From the NCBI GenBank assembly GCA_044450345.1, contig JBIOIY010000021.1, positions 1-42,211 on the forward strand: a stretch of DNA of 42,211 nucleotides. Direction: 5' to 3'. Position 1 is the first letter of the stretch. The number at the start of each line of letters is the position of its first letter. Source of the DNA: Thermodesulfovibrionales bacterium (GTDB lineage Bacteria; Nitrospirota; Thermodesulfovibrionia; Thermodesulfovibrionales; UBA6898). A program made the translations under genes and the position numbers. Under the pieces are notes generated by a model. That model did no database searches and was not told where the DNA came from. It saw only the letters and a program-made list of their open reading frames with translations. Below, piece by piece: positions 39,905-42,211 of this stretch.

Positions 39905-41302
39905 ATGAACAATGGCAGAATACTCATCATCGATGACGAAGAGATAATACGGGAAAGCTGCCGCCGCGTGCTCGAACCTGCCGGGTATTTAGTTCAAGCG
40001 GCGAAGGCCGGGCGCGAAGGCCTTCAGGTCCTCCAGACTGGTGCGGTAGATCTTGTGCTCACCGATCTGAAGATGCCCGACATAGACGGCATCGAGGTCC
40101 TCATACAGATCAAAGAGAATTGGCCTGACACCGAGGTAATAATCATGACGGGATACGGGACGGTCACTACTGCGGTAAAGGCCATGAAGATGGGTGTTTT
40201 CGATTATATAGAAAAGCCCTTCAGCCCCGATGACCTTCTCGCCCTGGTTGCCAAGGCATTCAGCAGGCAAAAACTTTCGTCCGAAGACATAACACGCAGA
40301 GAAATAGTCCCGTCCCATTACGAACTGAGCAACATCATCGGTGACTCTCAGGCGATGCAGAAGGTTTTCCAGCTGATCGCGAGGGTCGCCAATACCGGCA
40401 GTACGGTCTTAATTACGGGGGAGAGCGGGACCGGAAAAGAACTCGTCGCCCGCGCTATCCACTATAACAGCCCGAGGAAAGACCTTCCCTTCGTCGTCGT
40501 CGACTGCACTACCATCCCCGAGACACTCATTGAATCTGAGCTGTTCGGACATGCCAAGGGGGCCTTTACAGGGGCATCGGAGAATAAAAAGGGGCTGCTT
40601 GAAATGGCAAGCGGCGGCACAATATTCCTGGATGAAATAGGCAATCTCAATGTCCAAACTCAGGCAAAACTGCTCAGGGTGCTCCAGGAACGGGAGTTCC
40701 GTCCGCTCGGGGAGAAGAAGACGGTCCACATCGACGTAAGGTTCATTTCCGCAACCAATAAGGACCTGAGAATAATGACGAAAGAAGGCTCCTTCAGAGA
40801 GGACCTTTTCTACCGTCTTAATATCTTCCCTGTCCATATACCGCCCCTGAGGGAACGGAAGGAAGACATCCCGCATCTCGCCCAGCACTTTCTGGAAAAG
40901 TACGATGAAGAACTCGACAAACGCGTCACCCACATCACGGCGGATGCGATGAGGCTCCTTGTCCTCTATCCGTGGCCCGGGAATGTCCGTCAGCTGGAAA
41001 ACACAATCCAGCGGGCGGTAATCATGTGCCAGGGGAAAACCCTCAATCCGGAACATCTCACCTCCCTCGACCTTCCTTCTGAAGAGGCGGTCCCGAGGAC
41101 CGTCGAAGAGCTCAAGGAAAAAAAGAAGGACCTCAGACTCAAGTCGGTCGAGGGCATCGAGAGGGCGTTTATCATGGAGGCGCTCAGGCGCAACGACTGG
41201 AATATCTCGCGTGCCTCTTCGGATGTAGGGATGCAGAGGACGAACTTCCATACCCTGATGAAGAAATATCATATTTCGGCAAGTGCCGCCGAAGCGGAAT
41301 AA
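39905..41302 (+). CDS. sigma54-dependent response regulator (NtrC family)
   Basis: REC domain, GESGTGKE, GAFTGA, WPGNVRQL, C-terminal HTH. Confidence 0.94.
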   Translation: MNNGRILIIDDEEIIRESCRRVLEPAGYLVQAAKAGREGLQVLQTGAVDLVLTDLKMPDIDGIEVLIQIKENWPDTEVIIMTGYGTVTTAVKAMKMGVFDYIEKPFSPDDLLALVAKAFSRQKLSSEDITRREIVPSHYELSNIIGDSQAMQKVFQLIARVANTGSTVLITGESGTGKELVARAIHYNSPRKDLPFVVVDCTTIPETLIESELFGHAKGAFTGASENKKGLLEMASGGTIFLDEIGNLNVQTQAKLLRVLQEREFRPLGEKKTVHIDVRFISATNKDLRIMTKEGSFREDLFYRLNIFPVHIPPLRERKEDIPHLAQHFLEKYDEELDKRVTHITADAMRLLVLYPWPGNVRQLENTIQRAVIMCQGKTLNPEHLTSLDLPSEEAVPRTVEELKEKKKDLRLKSVEGIERAFIMEALRRNDWNISRASSDVGMQRTNFHTLMKKYHISASAAEAE

Positions 41303-41426
41303 AAAAGGGAACGAGGGCCGTATTGCCTCATCTCTTCGCCCGCATTGGGGAGACTGTCCCCCCTGCATCCATGAATAATCTGAGTTAGGTGAGTCGGCCC
41401 GGTGCCACGATGGACTTCTCTTCAGG

Positions 41427-41462
41427 TTGACATACATATAATTCTACGTATAATATTATATA
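41427..41462 (+). promoter_or_regulatory. TA operon promoter with palindromic operator
   Basis: TTGACA, 18-nt spacer, TATAAT; perfect palindrome TATATAATTATATA at 41449-41462 covers the -10. Confidence 0.75.
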
Positions 41463-41483
41463 TAACAAAACGTGAGGTGCATG

Positions 41484-41765
41484 ATGGTGGTTGATACCGA
41501 CAATATGATCCCTGTTACCAAATTACAGAAGGAGCTTACAAGGAAACTCAAGGAAGTTACAGAGACCGGTGAGCCGCTCTATGTCCTGCGAAACAATGAA
41601 ATGGCCGCTGTCGTCGTACCCCCGGAAGAATATAAACTCCTGAAACAGGCCGAGGAAATCCTTGAGCATTTCGAAATTGCCGAAGCCGCCGATAAGAGGC
41701 TTAAAGGCCACGACCGCTCCCGGAATATTCCATGGGAGAAGATAAAGAAACGGCATGGGTTGTAA
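41484..41765 (+). CDS. Type II antitoxin, Phd/YefM family
   Basis: IPVTKLQ...GEPLYVLRNNEMAAVVV..EEY pattern; C-terminal IPWEKIK; GAGGTG SD. The start is uncertain by about one codon. Confidence 0.88.
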   Translation: MVVDTDNMIPVTKLQKELTRKLKEVTETGEPLYVLRNNEMAAVVVPPEEYKLLKQAEEILEHFEIAEAADKRLKGHDRSRNIPWEKIKKRHGL

Positions 41766-42075
41766 GGTCGAATTCATTCCTGACGCCCTTCGGGATTTTG
41801 AAGCGCTTGATAAGTCGTTACGAAGAGAAGCGGCAAGGAAGATAGACGCCCTTGCTGAAAATCCTTTCCTGGGAAAGCCCTTGGGGAACAAAATGGGGAT
41901 GGATTTGACGGGGTTTTACAAGCTTTATTTCGCGCGGAGGAGATACCGCATCGTTTACCGGCTGATCGGGGAAGACATTGAAATTATCGAGATCGTGGGC
42001 ATCGGGATGAGAGATAAGGCGGAGATATATCAGTTGGTGGCCAGGAGGCTGAAGAAGATGAGGAAGAGGGGCTAA
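41755..42075 (+). CDS. Type II toxin, RelE/ParE family
   Basis: VEF...A..DF..LD, NPFLGKPL, YRIVY, IG.RD..EIY; overlaps the antitoxin stop. Confidence 0.9.
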   Translation: MGCKVEFIPDALRDFEALDKSLRREAARKIDALAENPFLGKPLGNKMGMDLTGFYKLYFARRRYRIVYRLIGEDIEIIEIVGIGMRDKAEIYQLVARRLKKMRKRG

Positions 42076-42101
42076 GGGCGCCCGCTTTCTCACAGAAGTC
42101 C

Positions 42102-42185
42102 TCAGAAGTTTCGAGTTCTCATAACTGAGCAGTACGCCCGAATTATGCTGACCTCGGCGACACCGACGTTCTGACCACGTTAGAC
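42102..42185 (-). repeat. Imperfect palindrome resembling an integron attC site
   Basis: Minus strand starts with GTCTAAC (RYYYAAC), then nested complementary arms TCAGAA(C)GT/ACTTCTGA, CGAG/CTCG and CATAAT/GTTATG. Confidence 0.45.
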
Positions 42186-42211
42186 CAGCTAGCAATCAGT
42201 CCCGTTTTCCA

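Noticed and set aside
40409..41437. 342-aa antisense ORF; also 32200-33117, 1243-1929, 7545-8141 and other shadow ORFs
   Set aside because: They lie opposite well-conserved genes, show no recognisable motifs, and are expected from codon bias.

Overview
This is core chromosome from a Gram-negative bacterium. Gene content and the 16S V1 helix suggest a Nitrospirota (Thermodesulfovibrionia-like) or Desulfobacterota-like anaerobe; that placement is inference, not a database result. Left to right: the 5' end of a 16S rRNA gene (-) with promoter and boxA; a thioredoxin-domain/thioredoxin reductase fusion; an envelope cluster (heptose-7-P kinase, ThiI-like/NFACT-R protein, abundant porin, lptFG); a class IV aminotransferase; a GH57 branching enzyme; the rpsU-yqeY-dnaG-rpoD-tRNA(CAU)-zinc ribbon-rnpB-lysR run; ntrBC; typA; an amidohydrolase; a complete 14-gene nuoA-N complex I operon; a divergent c-heme sensor kinase/REC/sigma54-activator system; and a Phd-RelE toxin-antitoxin pair. 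I see no clearly new multi-gene system, CRISPR array, phage or transposase. The best leads are (1) a 34-nt double-palindrome insertion splitting helix P13 of the RNase P RNA, (2) attC-like hairpins flanking the TA pair, suggesting the edge of an integron cassette array, (3) a periplasmic c-heme sensor system back-to-back with complex I, (4) an FDH-like NuoG with an extra Fe-S motif and no Mo ligand, and (5) structured leaders upstream of the porin and typA.
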